64,000 bases of DNA from Eledone cirrhosa (GCA_964016885.1 OZ024751.1:32178001-32242000); one strand, 5' to 3'; shown: positions 39,476 to 51,884, counted from the first letter of the stretch. Translations and numbers: made by a program. Notes: generated from the letters alone by a model not told the origin.

Positions 39476-40559
39476 ACATGCATGAATACACACATACATA
39501 CATACATACATACATACATACATACATACATACATACATACATACATACATACATACATACACACATACATATATACATACATAAATACACACACGCATA
39601 CATACATAAATACACACACACATACATACATACATACATACATACATACATACATACATACATACATACATACATACATACATACATACATACATACATA
39701 ATACATACATACATACATACATACATACATACATACGTACATACATACGTACCTACGTACGTACAGAGATTGGGTGTATTAGAGGAAGAGAGTCAGACAG
39801 AGATAAAGAGAGAAATACACAAATGCATCGTTGTGTAAACACATACACACAGTTTCGTCGGACTATATACCCGATCAGATCAAATAGAAACTGTACAACC
39901 ACAATGTTACCCAACATTCCATATCTTGTAATTGTATAAACCCGAGTGAATATTCGATGTAGCCCGAGTGAATGAACGAAGATGCCTAACTAAAGATATG
40001 ATTTCACCATTATTTACTAGTTTACGGTGAATAATATTGTTTGGAAATCATACATTGGATTGATATCAAATACCGCTGTGTGGAAAACCTACATTAGGTT
40101 CACATCAAATACTAGAGTTTGGAAATCATATATTGGAAGGAAGACGCAGTAGAGGAAGACCACAAAAAATACCAGTGTTTGGAAACCATACATTGGGTTG
40201 ATGTCAAACTCGTTCAAAACTCAATAGTCCCATTCTTCTCATTCATTTTGAGGAACCAATGACACAAATATAATATTAATCTGGAATTAATTGATACAGC
40301 CAAACTGTATAATCATTTCAGCCGACCATTGTATGTTATGTGCTTCCGAAGGATATTAAATACTGATCCTCTCTTGAAGAAGCATTCAGTTTTGATTTCA
40401 AGGTGTTTGCTGGTACAAATCACCCAATAAACATACAGAAAAAGAACAGTATTGGAAAGGACTATAAATACCATAAATGAGAGAAAAAGGAAGAACAAGG
40501 ACTACTAGACAAAGGAAGAAAGAAAGAGAGGAAGAAGGGAGGGTGACAGACTCTACACA

Positions 40560-40810
40560 TATGTCAGAGCGATATTTCGGCTGCACCCCGCACACAAAAT
40601 CGCAAAGGCATTTCCGCGGACAATAGCCAGCGACACACGCTGCAACATCCAACCCACCTCGTGGGGGTTCCTTCCTTAGACGGATTGCTATCGATCCGAT
40701 TTTACGGAGGAGTACAGCTGTCCGAGATTCGAGGACCCCTGAGGTCTCGACGGCGACCAGTGCAAAGAAGAAGCGACCCAACAAGCTTCGGTATTTGCTT
40801 GTCAAACACT
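40560..40810 (-). mobile_element. 3' fragment of a CRE-clade (RLE) non-LTR retrotransposon
   Basis: KYRSL...VAVETSGVL...LLRKIG and, after a frameshift, HEVGWMLQRVSLAIVRGNAFAIL. This matches the CRE-type RLE C-terminus (AVET.G...QR.S.AI.RGNA). Confidence 0.75.
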
Positions 40811-41524
40811 CAATTTTTTCAAACCTTGTGTCAGATAATCTTATGAACTAATAATGGCATGAGTGACTGTTGATTCTATAAATTCCGTACAGAAAAGATA
40901 AAGTTCTAACTTTAATACTATTCGCCTGATAATTATCTTGTGTACTAAATAAGCTGAGTTTATCTCTACTGATTTTCTCCTATATCATTGTCGTGTTGTC
41001 GGGTTTATTTACATTTTACGTATAATTCTACATTTGGGATTTCTTGTCAATTTTCTTTAGTTATTTTGATATAACTTTCCTCTTACTTTAATGCGGAAAG
41101 AACTATAATATACTACAAGGAGAATTTATATTTTAATAGTTTTTAAATAAAACTATTTATGTTCCGAAGAACAATTTTATAGATATGTTTTTTCTGTTAG
41201 AAAACATCTGGGGAGGCGTGATAAATACGATATCATCGTCACCATCAAAACCACAAAACGAAATATTGGAAATTTAAGGATTAAGGAAGTTATTCCCATT
41301 ACTAAAATAAATCCCTATATCAAACATGAGATTGCGCAATACTAATAGGATAAATATAACATTACTAATCTGCGCATGTCAAAATCACCACCCAACACTA
41401 CATTTTTGGAGAGATCAAAGCTAATATTAGGGTTCATTTCTTTCTCTTAATAACGGCATTTAATAGCCGAAATGTTGAAATATAAGATAAAAGTACAAAC
41501 TGTTATGTTTGTTTGTGATTTTAT

Positions 41525-41603
<79 letters not shown>
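41525..41603. repeat. (TATC)n microsatellite, left flank of the Tx1 array
   Basis: Pure tetranucleotide run. Confidence 0.95.
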
Positions 41604-41604
<1 letters not shown>

Positions 41605-42450
41605 CGACGCGCTCGGTGAAACTCTAGGCGTGGAGGAAGATGAACTGGCCAGTCTGTTCGGTAGGACCTTCCGCCCGGGACCGATGGACAACTTCCAAAA
41701 GTCCCTGGCCTGGCAGTGCTACCGAGGAGCTCTACCAGTTCGAGACAAGCTCTACAGACATGGGCGCCCGGGCAGGGACCATGCAAAAAAGATCTGTCCG
41801 AGGTGCGTGCGAGACGAAGAAACCGTCGCGCATGCATTCATACACTGCCCGGGCGTCACTGACCTGTGGGGCTATGTAGAACGACTATTGTCGCGGGTGG
41901 GACCAATCCAGTTGACCACCGAGTCCATTGTCATGATCAAACCGCCACCCTCCTTCAAAAACGAAGGAGAGGCGGTTTTCCTTTGTGTGATAGCTATGGC
42001 GAAAGAGGTTGTATGGTGGACAAGGTTGAAAGGGCTGAGGTCAGACACCTTTCTCTCCGGCCAACAACTGATTCTTTTTTTCAAATACCACTTTGGAAGA
42101 AGAATCAGGATGGAGAGAGAGGTGCTGTACCCCAGCAAGTTTTATGAAAGGTGGGTTAAAGTGGCGAGAATGGCCCGAGTGAATGGGCCTTCTCTCTATA
42201 TCAGCCTGTAGGTTGAGGAAAAGGAGGAGGAGAGGAAAGGAGTACAAGCTCTTCGTACTCCTGGAGATGAGGGTTGCACATTTTTTTTCGGGGGTATGTG
42301 TTACCCATATAAACTGTCTCCCTCTATTGGGGAAAATCGACTAACTTTTAAATTCCATCTGTGATAACATTTTACACGTTTTTATTGTATGTAAACTTCC
42401 CCCTTTGTATTTGTCCCCTTCTTTTGTGCCCCTGTGGCTAATAAAGAAAT
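41604..42450 (+). mobile_element. Tx1-type retrotransposon, 5'-truncated 847-bp unit A1
   Basis: ORF2 C-terminus with zinc motif CPRC...ETVAHAFIHC, plus a 3' UTR ending AATAAAGAAAT. Confidence 0.92.
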
Positions 42451-42451
42451 A

Positions 42452-42520
<69 letters not shown>

Positions 42521-42521
<1 letters not shown>

Positions 42522-43367
42522 CGACGCGCTCGGTGAAACTCTAGGCGTGGAGGAAGATGAACTGGCCAGTCTGTTCGGTAGGACCTTCCGCCCGGGACCG
42601 ATGGACAACTTCCAAAAGTCCCTGGCCTGGCAGTGCTACCGAGGAGCTCTACCAGTTCGAGACAAGCTCTACAGACATGGGCGCCCGGGCAGGGACCCTG
42701 CAAAAAAGATCTGTCCGAGGTGCGTGCGAGACGAAGAAACCGTCGCGCATGCATTCATACACTGCCCGGGCGTCACTGACCTGTGGGGCTATGTAGAACG
42801 ACTATTGTCGCGGGTGGGACCAATCCAGTTGACCACCGAGTCCATTGTCATGATCAAACCGCCACCCTCCTTCAAAAACGAAGGAGAGGCGGTTTTCCTT
42901 TGTGTGATAGCTATGGCGAAAGAGGTTGTATGGTGGACAAGGTTGAAAGGGCTGAGGTCAGACACCTTTCTCTCCGGCCAACAACTGATTCTTTTTTTCA
43001 AATACCACTTTGGAAGAAGAATCAGGATGGAGAGAGAGGTGCTGTACCCCAGCAAGTTTTATGAAAGGTGGGTTAAAGTGGCGAGAATGGCCCGAGTGAA
43101 TGGGCCTTCTCTCTATATCAGCCTGTAGGTTGAGGAAAAGGAGGAGGAGAGGAAAGGAGTACAAGCTCTTCGTACTCCTGGAGATGAGGGTTGCACATTT
43201 TTTTTCGGGGGTATGTGTTACCCATATAAACTGTCTCCCTCTATTGGGGAAAATCGACTAACTTTTAAATTCCATCTGTGATAACATTTTACACGTTTTT
43301 ATTGTATGTAAACTTCCCCCTTTGTATTTGTCCCCTTCTTTTGTGCCCCTGTGGCTAATAAAGAAAT
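42521..43367 (+). mobile_element. Tx1 unit A2
   Basis: Same endpoints as A1, with one visible substitution (RDH to RDP). Confidence 0.92.
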
Positions 43368-43368
43368 A

Positions 43369-43433
<65 letters not shown>

Positions 43434-43434
<1 letters not shown>

Positions 43435-44280
43435 CGACGCGCTCGGTGAAACTCTAGGCGTGGAGGAAGATGAACTGGCCAGTCTGTTCGGTAGGACCTT
43501 CCGCCCGGGACCGATGGACAACTTCCAAAAGTCCCTGGCCTGGCAGTGCTACCGAGGAGCTCTACCAGTTCGAGACAAGCTCTACAGACATGGGCGCCCG
43601 GGCAGGGACCCTGCAAAAAAGATCTGTCCGAGGTGCGTGCGAGACGAAGAAACCGTCGCGCATGCATTCATACACTGCCCGGGCGTCACTGACCTGTGGG
43701 GCTATGTAGAACGACTATTGTCGCGGGTGGGACCAATCCAGTTGACCACCGAGTCCATTGTCATGATCAAACCGCCACCCTCCTTCAAAAACGAAGGAGA
43801 GGCGGTTTTCCTTTGTGTGATAGCTATGGCGAAAGAGGTTGTATGGTGGACAAGGTTGAAAGGGCTGAGGTCAGACACCTTTCTCTCCGGCCAACAACTG
43901 ATTCTTTTTTTCAAATACCACTTTGGAAGAAGAATCAGGATGGAGAGAGAGGTGCTGTACCCCAGCAAGTTTTATGAAAGGTGGGTTAAAGTGGCGAGAA
44001 TGGCCCGAGTGAATGGGCCTTCTCTCTATATCAGCCTGTAGGTTGAGGAAAAGGAGGAGGAGAGGAAAGGAGTACAAGCTCTTCGTACTCCTGGAGATGA
44101 GGGTTGCACATTTTTTTTCGGGGGTATGTGTTACCCATATAAACTGTCTCCCTCTATTGGGGAAAATCGACTAACTTTTAAATTCCATCTGTGATAACAT
44201 TTTACACGTTTTTATTGTATGTAAACTTCCCCCTTTGTATTTGTCCCCTTCTTTTGTGCCCCTGTGGCTAATAAAGAAAT
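43434..44280 (+). mobile_element. Tx1 unit A3
   Basis: Appears identical to A2. Confidence 0.92.
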
Positions 44281-44281
44281 A

Positions 44282-44334
<53 letters not shown>

Positions 44335-44335
<1 letters not shown>

Positions 44336-47300
44336 CTAGGTCGTACCTAGATAGGTTCTTAGTTAGAATTAAGGATAAGGACTTTTTAAGTTGTCCAAAA
44401 ATGCGCATTGTTGGCTATTCAGACCACAAATTAGTGACCTGCATGGTCAACCTTGACAGAACTCATAGACAGGGCCCCGGTTACTGGAAGCTCAACTTGT
44501 CCTTGCCGGCAAGTAGAGCCTACAGGAATCGGATTAGTACGTTAGTTAAGGAACGGTTGACTGGAGCGATCGTCAACAGCAGGTGGTGGGTATCTCTAAA
44601 GAGAGAGATTAGAGTAGTCTCGATAGAATTTAGTAAGGTTCTAGCTGCGGATAGGAATAGGAAGGAAAGGGAGCTAATAGATAGAGTAGAAGAGGCAATT
44701 AGAAGCGGCGACGTGGCCAGAGTGCTAGCGTCGAGAACGGCTTTGAGCCAGTTTTTCGACGCGAAGCACGAAGGCTGCGTTGTCCGAAGTAAAATACGTG
44801 CTCTAGGGAACGAGGGGACCAAAGCTGTTAGCTGGGCCCGCGTGACAGAGGCCAACAGTGGAACTAAATCCACCATCCGGTCTTTGCGAGACCTGGATGG
44901 ACGGGCGATTCTTGAGCCTAAGCAGATGTGTGAGGCCTTTCAAAGGCACTTTGCCCGACTGTTCGGGAGGGGCGGGGAGCCGGTTGGGAACGTGGACTTC
45001 GGTCCATACCTCGACGGCCTGCCGCGCCTCTCGGACAGGGAGGCGAAGTCCTGCGAGGAGCCGATTTCGGCCGCTGAGATAGAGGACGTGCTGAGCCAAT
45101 GCGGCAAACGCAAATCCCCGGGTCTCGATGGTCTTCCTTACGAATTATATCTAGCTATGCCGGACTTGTTCCCCGATCTCCTCGAGGCGGTCTACTGCAA
45201 CTGGCAACAGAACGGGAGAATTCCCTGTACTGTGACCAAGGGCGTAGTCACGCTAGTGAGGAAGGACGAGAACAAGGGGGACGAAATAAGTAACTTCAGG
45301 CCCATAACACTGCTAAATACAGAGTTACAGATTTTGGCCAAGGTGCTAGCAAAGAGGTTGGCGCTTGTCGTGGGCAACCTGGTGGGAGATGCGCAGACAT
45401 GCGCTATCCCGTCCAGGTCCATCCATGACAACCTCCACCTCATGCGATACATCATAGAGAGGGTTGGGAACGAACCCGGCTTTGGTGGGGCTCTGATCAA
45501 CTTGGATCAATCTAAGGCGTTCGATAGGGTCGACCATGGTTACCTGGATGCGGTGCTAGCGGCGGCAGGCTTCGGACCCGTTTTCAGGGGCTGGATCACT
45601 GCTATGCACAGCAGCCGCATCTGCTCTAGGGTCAAGGTGAACGGCTACCTCTCGGAGCCGTTCAAAATCGCGCGGTCCATCCGACAAGGGTGCCCTCTCT
45701 CCTCCCTTCTGTATGTATTGACTCTCGAGCCACTACTGCGGAAGTTGGAGTTGTTGCAGGGCATCCCTTTGGAACCGGGATTGCGGAAAGCGGTGTCGGC
45801 CTACGCCGATGACGTGACAGTAATGGTGTCGACGGCCTCCGAAATCGAGGCGGTCGGCACCTTACTGGAGGAGTACGAAAAGTTCACAGGGGCTAAGCTG
45901 AACCGGGACAAGTCGATCGGTTTGCAACTCGGCACGTGGAGGGGCAGACCGATGCCCTCCGATAGCGTCGTCGGACGCTGGACGGAGGGCCCGGTGAAGT
46001 TGCTCGGGGTCTGGTTCGGACCGGACCTCCAGGTGGAGAAAAACTGGGCGGAGGTTACGAACAGAGTGTTTGCACTGACCCAGAAGTGGGCCAGTTGCAA
46101 ACTATCCCTGAAAGGTCGGGCGGAGGTGGCGAACACCTACATAGCGTCCGTCATCTACTACCGCCTGACCGTAGTGCCCTGCCCAAGGGAAACCCTCACC
46201 AAGATGGAGCGCGCGCTCTTCCAATTCCTTTGGAAGAGGCGGGCTCCTATGGTGAGGAGATCCATCTGCTGTCAACACCCTTCGAAAGGAGGGCTGGGGA
46301 TGCCGTGGCTAATGATGCGTAAACACGCATTAAGGCTACGGCACCTCTACGTATTCCTCACCGGACAACCGGTGTGGGCCTCGTTTGTGAGACGAACCTT
46401 TCCCAGACTCGTCTCACTCACCGAGCTGCAATCCTGGGTCAAGCAAAGACCGAGAAAACTGGGCGCCTGGCACACTGAGTGTGCCCAGGCGCTCACCGCC
46501 CTCTGGCAGGCGGATCCGGTTATCAGTGGAGACTCCACCGCAACATTCTATAGAGGGCTGGTACGCAGCAGGTGCGACGACGCCCTCGGAGAAGCCCTAG
46601 ACATGGAGGAGGACGAACTGTCCAGCCTTTTCGGTAGGACATTCAGCCCGGGACCTATGGACAACTTCCAGAAGTCCCTGGCCTGGCAGTGCTACCGAGG
46701 GGCTTTACCCGTTCGAGAAAGGCTCTACAGACACGGGCGCCCGGGTAGGGACCCCGCCAAAAAGATCTGTCCCAGATGCGTGTGCGACGAGGAAACCGTT
46801 GCACACGCATTAGTACACTGCTCGGGCGTAGCCGATCTGTGGGGCTATGTCGAACAACTGCTGTCAAGGGTGGGACCGATCCGGTTGACCACCGAGTCTA
46901 TTGTAATGATCAAGCCGCCTCCCCCCTTCAAAGATGAAGCAGAGGCGGTGTTTCTGTGCGTAATAGCCATGGCGAAAGAGGTTGTATGGTGGACGCGTCT
47001 GAAAGGACTGAGGTCGGGCACCTTTCTCTCTGGCCAACAACTGGTCCGTTTCTTCCGATATCATTTCGGAAGAAGGATCAGGATGGAGAGAGAGGTGCTG
47101 CACCCCAGCCGTTTCTATGAAAGATGGGTGAAAGTGGCGAGAATGGCCCGTGTGAATGGGCCTTCACTCTACATCAGACTATAGGTGAGGAAGATGAAAG
47201 ACCAAGGGAGCACCCCTTCTCTGTGCTCCTGAGGAGAAGGGTTGCACACTTTTTTCGGGGGTGTGTGCGACCCCCCAAGGCGCCTCCTCTCTATTGAGGA

Positions 47301-47447
47301 TTTTGTTAAAAATTTTATTTTTTGTTATATCTTATTTTATTTTTATATTTTGTTATTGCCTCCTCCTTATTGAGGACGCCTTTTTGTGTAAACTCCCCCC
47401 TTTGTACTTGTCCCACTTTTGATGCCCTAGTGGCAAATAAAAGAAAT
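44335..47447 (+). mobile_element. Tx1-type retrotransposon subfamily B, 3.1 kb, truncated within the endonuclease
   Basis: Begins SRSYLDRFLV...SDH, the end of the APE domain. It has a distinct 3' UTR and (TATC)n on both sides. Confidence 0.93.
44401..47184 (+). CDS. Tx1/L1-type ORF2 reverse transcriptase (N-terminally truncated, uninterrupted)
   Basis: GPGYWKLN, KSPGLDGLP, FRPITLLN, LDQSKAFDRVDH, QGCPLS, AYADDV, GGLG and the C-terminal CPRC...H...C zinc motif. Confidence 0.93.
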   Translation: MRIVGYSDHKLVTCMVNLDRTHRQGPGYWKLNLSLPASRAYRNRISTLVKERLTGAIVNSRWWVSLKREIRVVSIEFSKVLAADRNRKERELIDRVEEAIRSGDVARVLASRTALSQFFDAKHEGCVVRSKIRALGNEGTKAVSWARVTEANSGTKSTIRSLRDLDGRAILEPKQMCEAFQRHFARLFGRGGEPVGNVDFGPYLDGLPRLSDREAKSCEEPISAAEIEDVLSQCGKRKSPGLDGLPYELYLAMPDLFPDLLEAVYCNWQQNGRIPCTVTKGVVTLVRKDENKGDEISNFRPITLLNTELQILAKVLAKRLALVVGNLVGDAQTCAIPSRSIHDNLHLMRYIIERVGNEPGFGGALINLDQSKAFDRVDHGYLDAVLAAAGFGPVFRGWITAMHSSRICSRVKVNGYLSEPFKIARSIRQGCPLSSLLYVLTLEPLLRKLELLQGIPLEPGLRKAVSAYADDVTVMVSTASEIEAVGTLLEEYEKFTGAKLNRDKSIGLQLGTWRGRPMPSDSVVGRWTEGPVKLLGVWFGPDLQVEKNWAEVTNRVFALTQKWASCKLSLKGRAEVANTYIASVIYYRLTVVPCPRETLTKMERALFQFLWKRRAPMVRRSICCQHPSKGGLGMPWLMMRKHALRLRHLYVFLTGQPVWASFVRRTFPRLVSLTELQSWVKQRPRKLGAWHTECAQALTALWQADPVISGDSTATFYRGLVRSRCDDALGEALDMEEDELSSLFGRTFSPGPMDNFQKSLAWQCYRGALPVRERLYRHGRPGRDPAKKICPRCVCDEETVAHALVHCSGVADLWGYVEQLLSRVGPIRLTTESIVMIKPPPPFKDEAEAVFLCVIAMAKEVVWWTRLKGLRSGTFLSGQQLVRFFRYHFGRRIRMEREVLHPSRFYERWVKVARMARVNGPSLYIRL

Positions 47448-47461
47448 ATATCTATCTATCT

Positions 47462-48308
47462 ACGACGCGCTCGGTGAAACTCTAGGCGTGGAGGAAGATG
47501 AACTGGCCAGTCTGTTCGGTAGGACCTTCCGCCCGGGACCGATGGACAACTTCCAAAAGTCCCTGGCCTGGCAGTGCTACCGAGGAGCTCTACCAGTTCG
47601 AGACAAGCTCTACAGACATGGGCGCCCGGGCAGGGACCCTGCAAAAAAGATCTGTCCGAGGTGCGTGCGAGACGAAGAAACCGTCGCGCATGCATTCATA
47701 CACTGCCCGGGCGTCACTGACCTGTGGGGCTATGTAGAACGACTATTGTCGCGGGTGGGACCAATCCAGTTGACCACCGAGTCCATTGTCATGATCAAAC
47801 CGCCACCCTCCTTCAAAAACGAAGGAGAGGCGGTTTTCCTTTGTGTGATAGCTATGGCGAAAGAGGTTGTATGGTGGACAAGGTTGAAAGGGCTGAGGTC
47901 AGACACCTTTCTCTCCGGCCAACAACTGATTCTTTTTTTCAAATACCACTTTGGAAGAAGAATCAGGATGGAGAGAGAGGTGCTGTACCCCAGCAAGTTT
48001 TATGAAAGGTGGGTTAAAGTGGCGAGAATGGCCCGAGTGAATGGGCCTTCTCTCTATATCAGCCTGTAGGTTGAGGAAAAGGAGGAGGAGAGGAAAGGAG
48101 TACAAGCTCTTCGTACTCCTGGAGATGAGGGTTGCACATTTTTTTTCGGGGGTATGTGTTACCCATATAAACTGTCTCCCTCTATTGGGGAAAATCGACT
48201 AACTTTTAAATTCCATCTGTGATAACATTTTACACGTTTTTATTGTATGTAAACTTCCCCCTTTGTATTTGTCCCCTTCTTTTGTGCCCCTGTGGCTAAT
48301 AAAGAAAC
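47462..48308 (+). mobile_element. Tx1 unit A4
   Basis: Same 5' truncation point as A1-A3. Ends AATAAAGAAAC. Confidence 0.92.
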
Positions 48309-48309
48309 A

Positions 48310-48369
<60 letters not shown>

Positions 48370-48421
48370 CATCTATCTATATATCTATCTATCTATCCAT
48401 CTATCTATATATCTATCTATA

Positions 48422-50943
48422 TCTTGAGCCTAAGCAGATGTGCGAGGCTTTTCAAAAGCACTTTGCCAGATTGTTCGGAAGTGGCGGGGAGCCGGTTGCG
48501 GAAGCGGACTTCGGTCCATACCTCGACGGCCTGCCGCGTCTCTCGGACAGGGAGGCGAAGTCCTGCGAGGAGCCGATTTCAGCCGCTGAAATAGAGGACG
48601 TGCTGAGCCAATGCGGCAAACGCAAATCCCCGGGTCTCGATGGTCTTCCATACGAACTATATCTAGCTATGCCGGACTTATTCCCCGATCTCCTCGAGGC
48701 GGTCTACTGCAACTGGCAACAGAACGGGAGAATTCCCTGTGCTGTGACCAAGGGCGTAGTCACGCTAGTGAGGAAGGACGAGAACAAGGGGGACGATATA
48801 AATAATTTCAGGCCCATAACTCTGCTAAATACAGAGTTACAGATTTTGTCCAAGGTGCTAGCAAAGAGGTTGGCGCTTGTCGTGGGCAACCTGGTGGGAG
48901 ATGCGCAGACATGTGCTATCCCGTCCAGGTCCATCCACGACAACCTTCACCTCATGCGATACATCATAGAGAGGGTTGGCAACGAACCCGGCTTTGGTGG
49001 GGCCCTGATCAACTTGGATCAATCTAAGGCGTTCGATAGGGTCGACCATGGTTACCTGGATGCGGTGCTAGCGGCGGCAGGCTTCGGACCCGTCTTCAGG
49101 GGCTGGATCAATGCCATGCACAGCAGCCGCATCTGCTCTAGGGTCAAGGTGAACGGCTACCTCTCGGAGCCGTTCGAAATCACGCGGTCCATCCGTCAAT
49201 GGTGCCCTCTCTCCTCCCTTCTGTATGTAATGACACTAGAGCCACTGCTGCGGAAGTTGGAGTTGTTGCAGGGCATCCCGTTGGAACCAGGATTGCGGAA
49301 AGCGGTGTCGGCCTACGCCGATGACGTAACAGTAATGGTGTCGACGGCCTCGAAAATCGGGGCGATCGGCACCTTACTGGAGGAGTACGAAAGGTTTACA
49401 GGGGCTAAGCTGAACCGGGACAAGTCGATCGGTCTGCAACTCGGCACGTGGAGGGGCAGATCGATGCCATCCGATGGCGTCGTCGAGCGCTGGACGGAGG
49501 GCCCGGTGAAGCTGCTCGGGGTCTGGTTAGGACCAGACCTCCAGGTGGAGAAGAACTAGGGTGAGGTAACGAACAGGGTGTTTGCACTGACCCAGAAGTG
49601 GGCCGAGTGCAAACTGTCCCTGAAAGGTAGGGCGGAGGTGGCGAACACTTATATAGCGTCCGTCATCTACTACCGCCTGACCGTTGTGCCTTGCCCAAGG
49701 GAAACTCTTGCCAAAATGGAGCGCGCACTCTTCCAATTCCTTTGGAAGAAGCGGGCTTCTATGGTGAGGAGATCCATCTGCTGTCAATACCCTTCCAAAG
49801 GATGGCTGGGGATGCCGTGGCTAATGATACGTAAACACGCATTAAGGCTACGGCACCTCCAGGTAATCCTCACCGGTCAACCGGTGTGGGCCCTGTTTGT
49901 GAGGCGAGCCTTTCCCAGACTCGTCTCACTCACCAAGCTGCAATCCTGGGTCAAGCAAAGACCGAGAAAACTGGGCGCCTGGCACACTGAGTGTGCCAGG
50001 CAGGTGGACCCGGCTGTCAGTGGAGAATCCACCTCGTCATTCTATAGAGGGCTGGTGGTTAGCAGGTGCGACGACGCCCTCGGAGAAGCCCTAGGCATGG
50101 AGGAAGACGAACTGGCCAACCTGTTCAGTAGGACATTCAGCCCGGGACCCATGGATAACTTCCAGAGGTCTCTGGCCTGGCAGTGCTACCGAGGGGCTCT
50201 GCCCGTTCGAGAAAGGCTCTACAGACACGGGCGCCCGGGTAGGGATCTCTCGAAAAAGATCTGTCCCAGATGCGTGTGCGACGAGGAAACCGTTTCACAC
50301 GCATTGGTACACTTCTCGGGCATTGTCGATCTGTGGGGCTCTGTCGAACAACTGCTGTCAATGGTGGGACCGATCCGGTTGACCACCGAGTCTATTGTAA
50401 CGATCAAGCCGCCTCCCCTCTTCAAAAACGAAGGAGAGGCGGTGTTTCTGTGGGTAATAGTCATGGCGAAAGAGGTTGTATGGCGGACGCGTCTGAAAGG
50501 ACTGAGGTCAGACACCTTTTTCTCTGGCCAACAACTGGTCCGTTACTTCCAATATCATTTCGGAAGAAGGATCAGGATGGAGAGAGAGGTGCTGCACCCC
50601 AGCCGTTTTTATGAAAGATGGGTGAAAGTGGCGAGAATGGCCCGTGTGAATGGGCCTTCACTCTACATCAGACTATAGGTGAGGAAGATGAAAGATCAAG
50701 GGAGCACCCCTCTCTGTGTTCCTGAGGAGAAGGGTTGCACACTTTTTTTCGGGGGTGTGTGCGACCCCCCAAGGCGCCTCCCCCCTATTGAGGATTTTGT
50801 TATTAAATTTATTTTTGTTATATCTTATTTTATTTTTATATCTTGTTATTGCCTCCTCCTTATTGAGGACGCCTTTTTATGTAAACTCCCTCCATTGTAC
50901 TTGTCCCACTCTTTGATGCCCTGGTGGCAAATAAAAAGAAAGT
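48422..50943 (+). mobile_element. Tx1 subfamily B-like copy C, 2.5 kb, defective
   Basis: Colinear with B. It has a TGG>TAG stop at 49557-49559, QGCPLS changed to QWCPLS and a short in-frame deletion. Flanked by TATC repeats. Confidence 0.92.
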
Positions 50944-51031
50944 TATCTATATATATCTATCTATCCGATTTTATTAACTATTATTTATAGTGATCAACTA
51001 TTATAATGGTCACTTGCGTTGTGATGCAAAC

Positions 51032-51112
<81 letters not shown>

Positions 51113-51202
51113 GTGTGTGTGTATGTTTATAGATGTATATATCTATATATATATAAACACTACATACACAAAAAAGTGTAGTATAAAACAATACTACACT
51201 CT

Positions 51203-51258
<56 letters not shown>

Positions 51259-51296
51259 ATTTATATATATATGTATATATATATATACACATATAT

Positions 51297-51585
51297 ATAT
51301 ATATAAGATCAAAAGATGGTTAAAAGAGTTCCATGTATTTTATTATGCGCATTTCAAAAACAAATATCATCATGCAATAATATTTGTGTTTTCCTATTTT
51401 ATCTGATGAAAACACAAATATTATTTGATGATATTTGTTTTTGAAATGCGCATAATAAAATACATCGAACTCTTTTAACCATCTTTTGATCTTATATATT
51501 ATGTATACTCCAGTCCTACAAACTGTAGAGTGCTTCTTATCCGATATCTGCATTGCTTTATTGTACTACAATAAAACTCACCTCC

Positions 51586-51588
<3 letters not shown>
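51297..51588 (+). mobile_element. PLE pseudo-LTR fold-back (~95-bp arms) plus tail in (TA)n
   Basis: Arms at about 51297-51393 and 51408-51499. Confidence 0.8.
51395..51462 (+). ncRNA. Type I hammerhead ribozyme
   Basis: tattttat-CTGATGA-aaac-acaaatatt...gatatttgt-tttt-GAA-ATGCGCAT-A-ataaaata. 8-bp stem I, long stem II, palindromic stem III. Confidence 0.8.
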
Positions 51589-51665
<77 letters not shown>

Positions 51666-51668
51666 CAC

Positions 51669-51749
<81 letters not shown>

Positions 51750-51884
51750 CATACATACATACATACTTATATAATTTTTATATCTGAAAATATTTCAGAT
51801 ATATCTGCGGAAGTTAGCTTAGGGTCTAGAATTTCGTGAAATAACACTTGTCAAACTTACATTGTGGATATATAATATTCCACA

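Noticed and set aside
41604-48308. Repeat-spacer-like array suggesting CRISPR or a tandem gene cluster of 193-aa proteins
   Set aside because: The units are 5'-truncated retrotransposon ends, and the ORF starts are internal GTG codons of ORF2. The context is eukaryotic with no cas genes.
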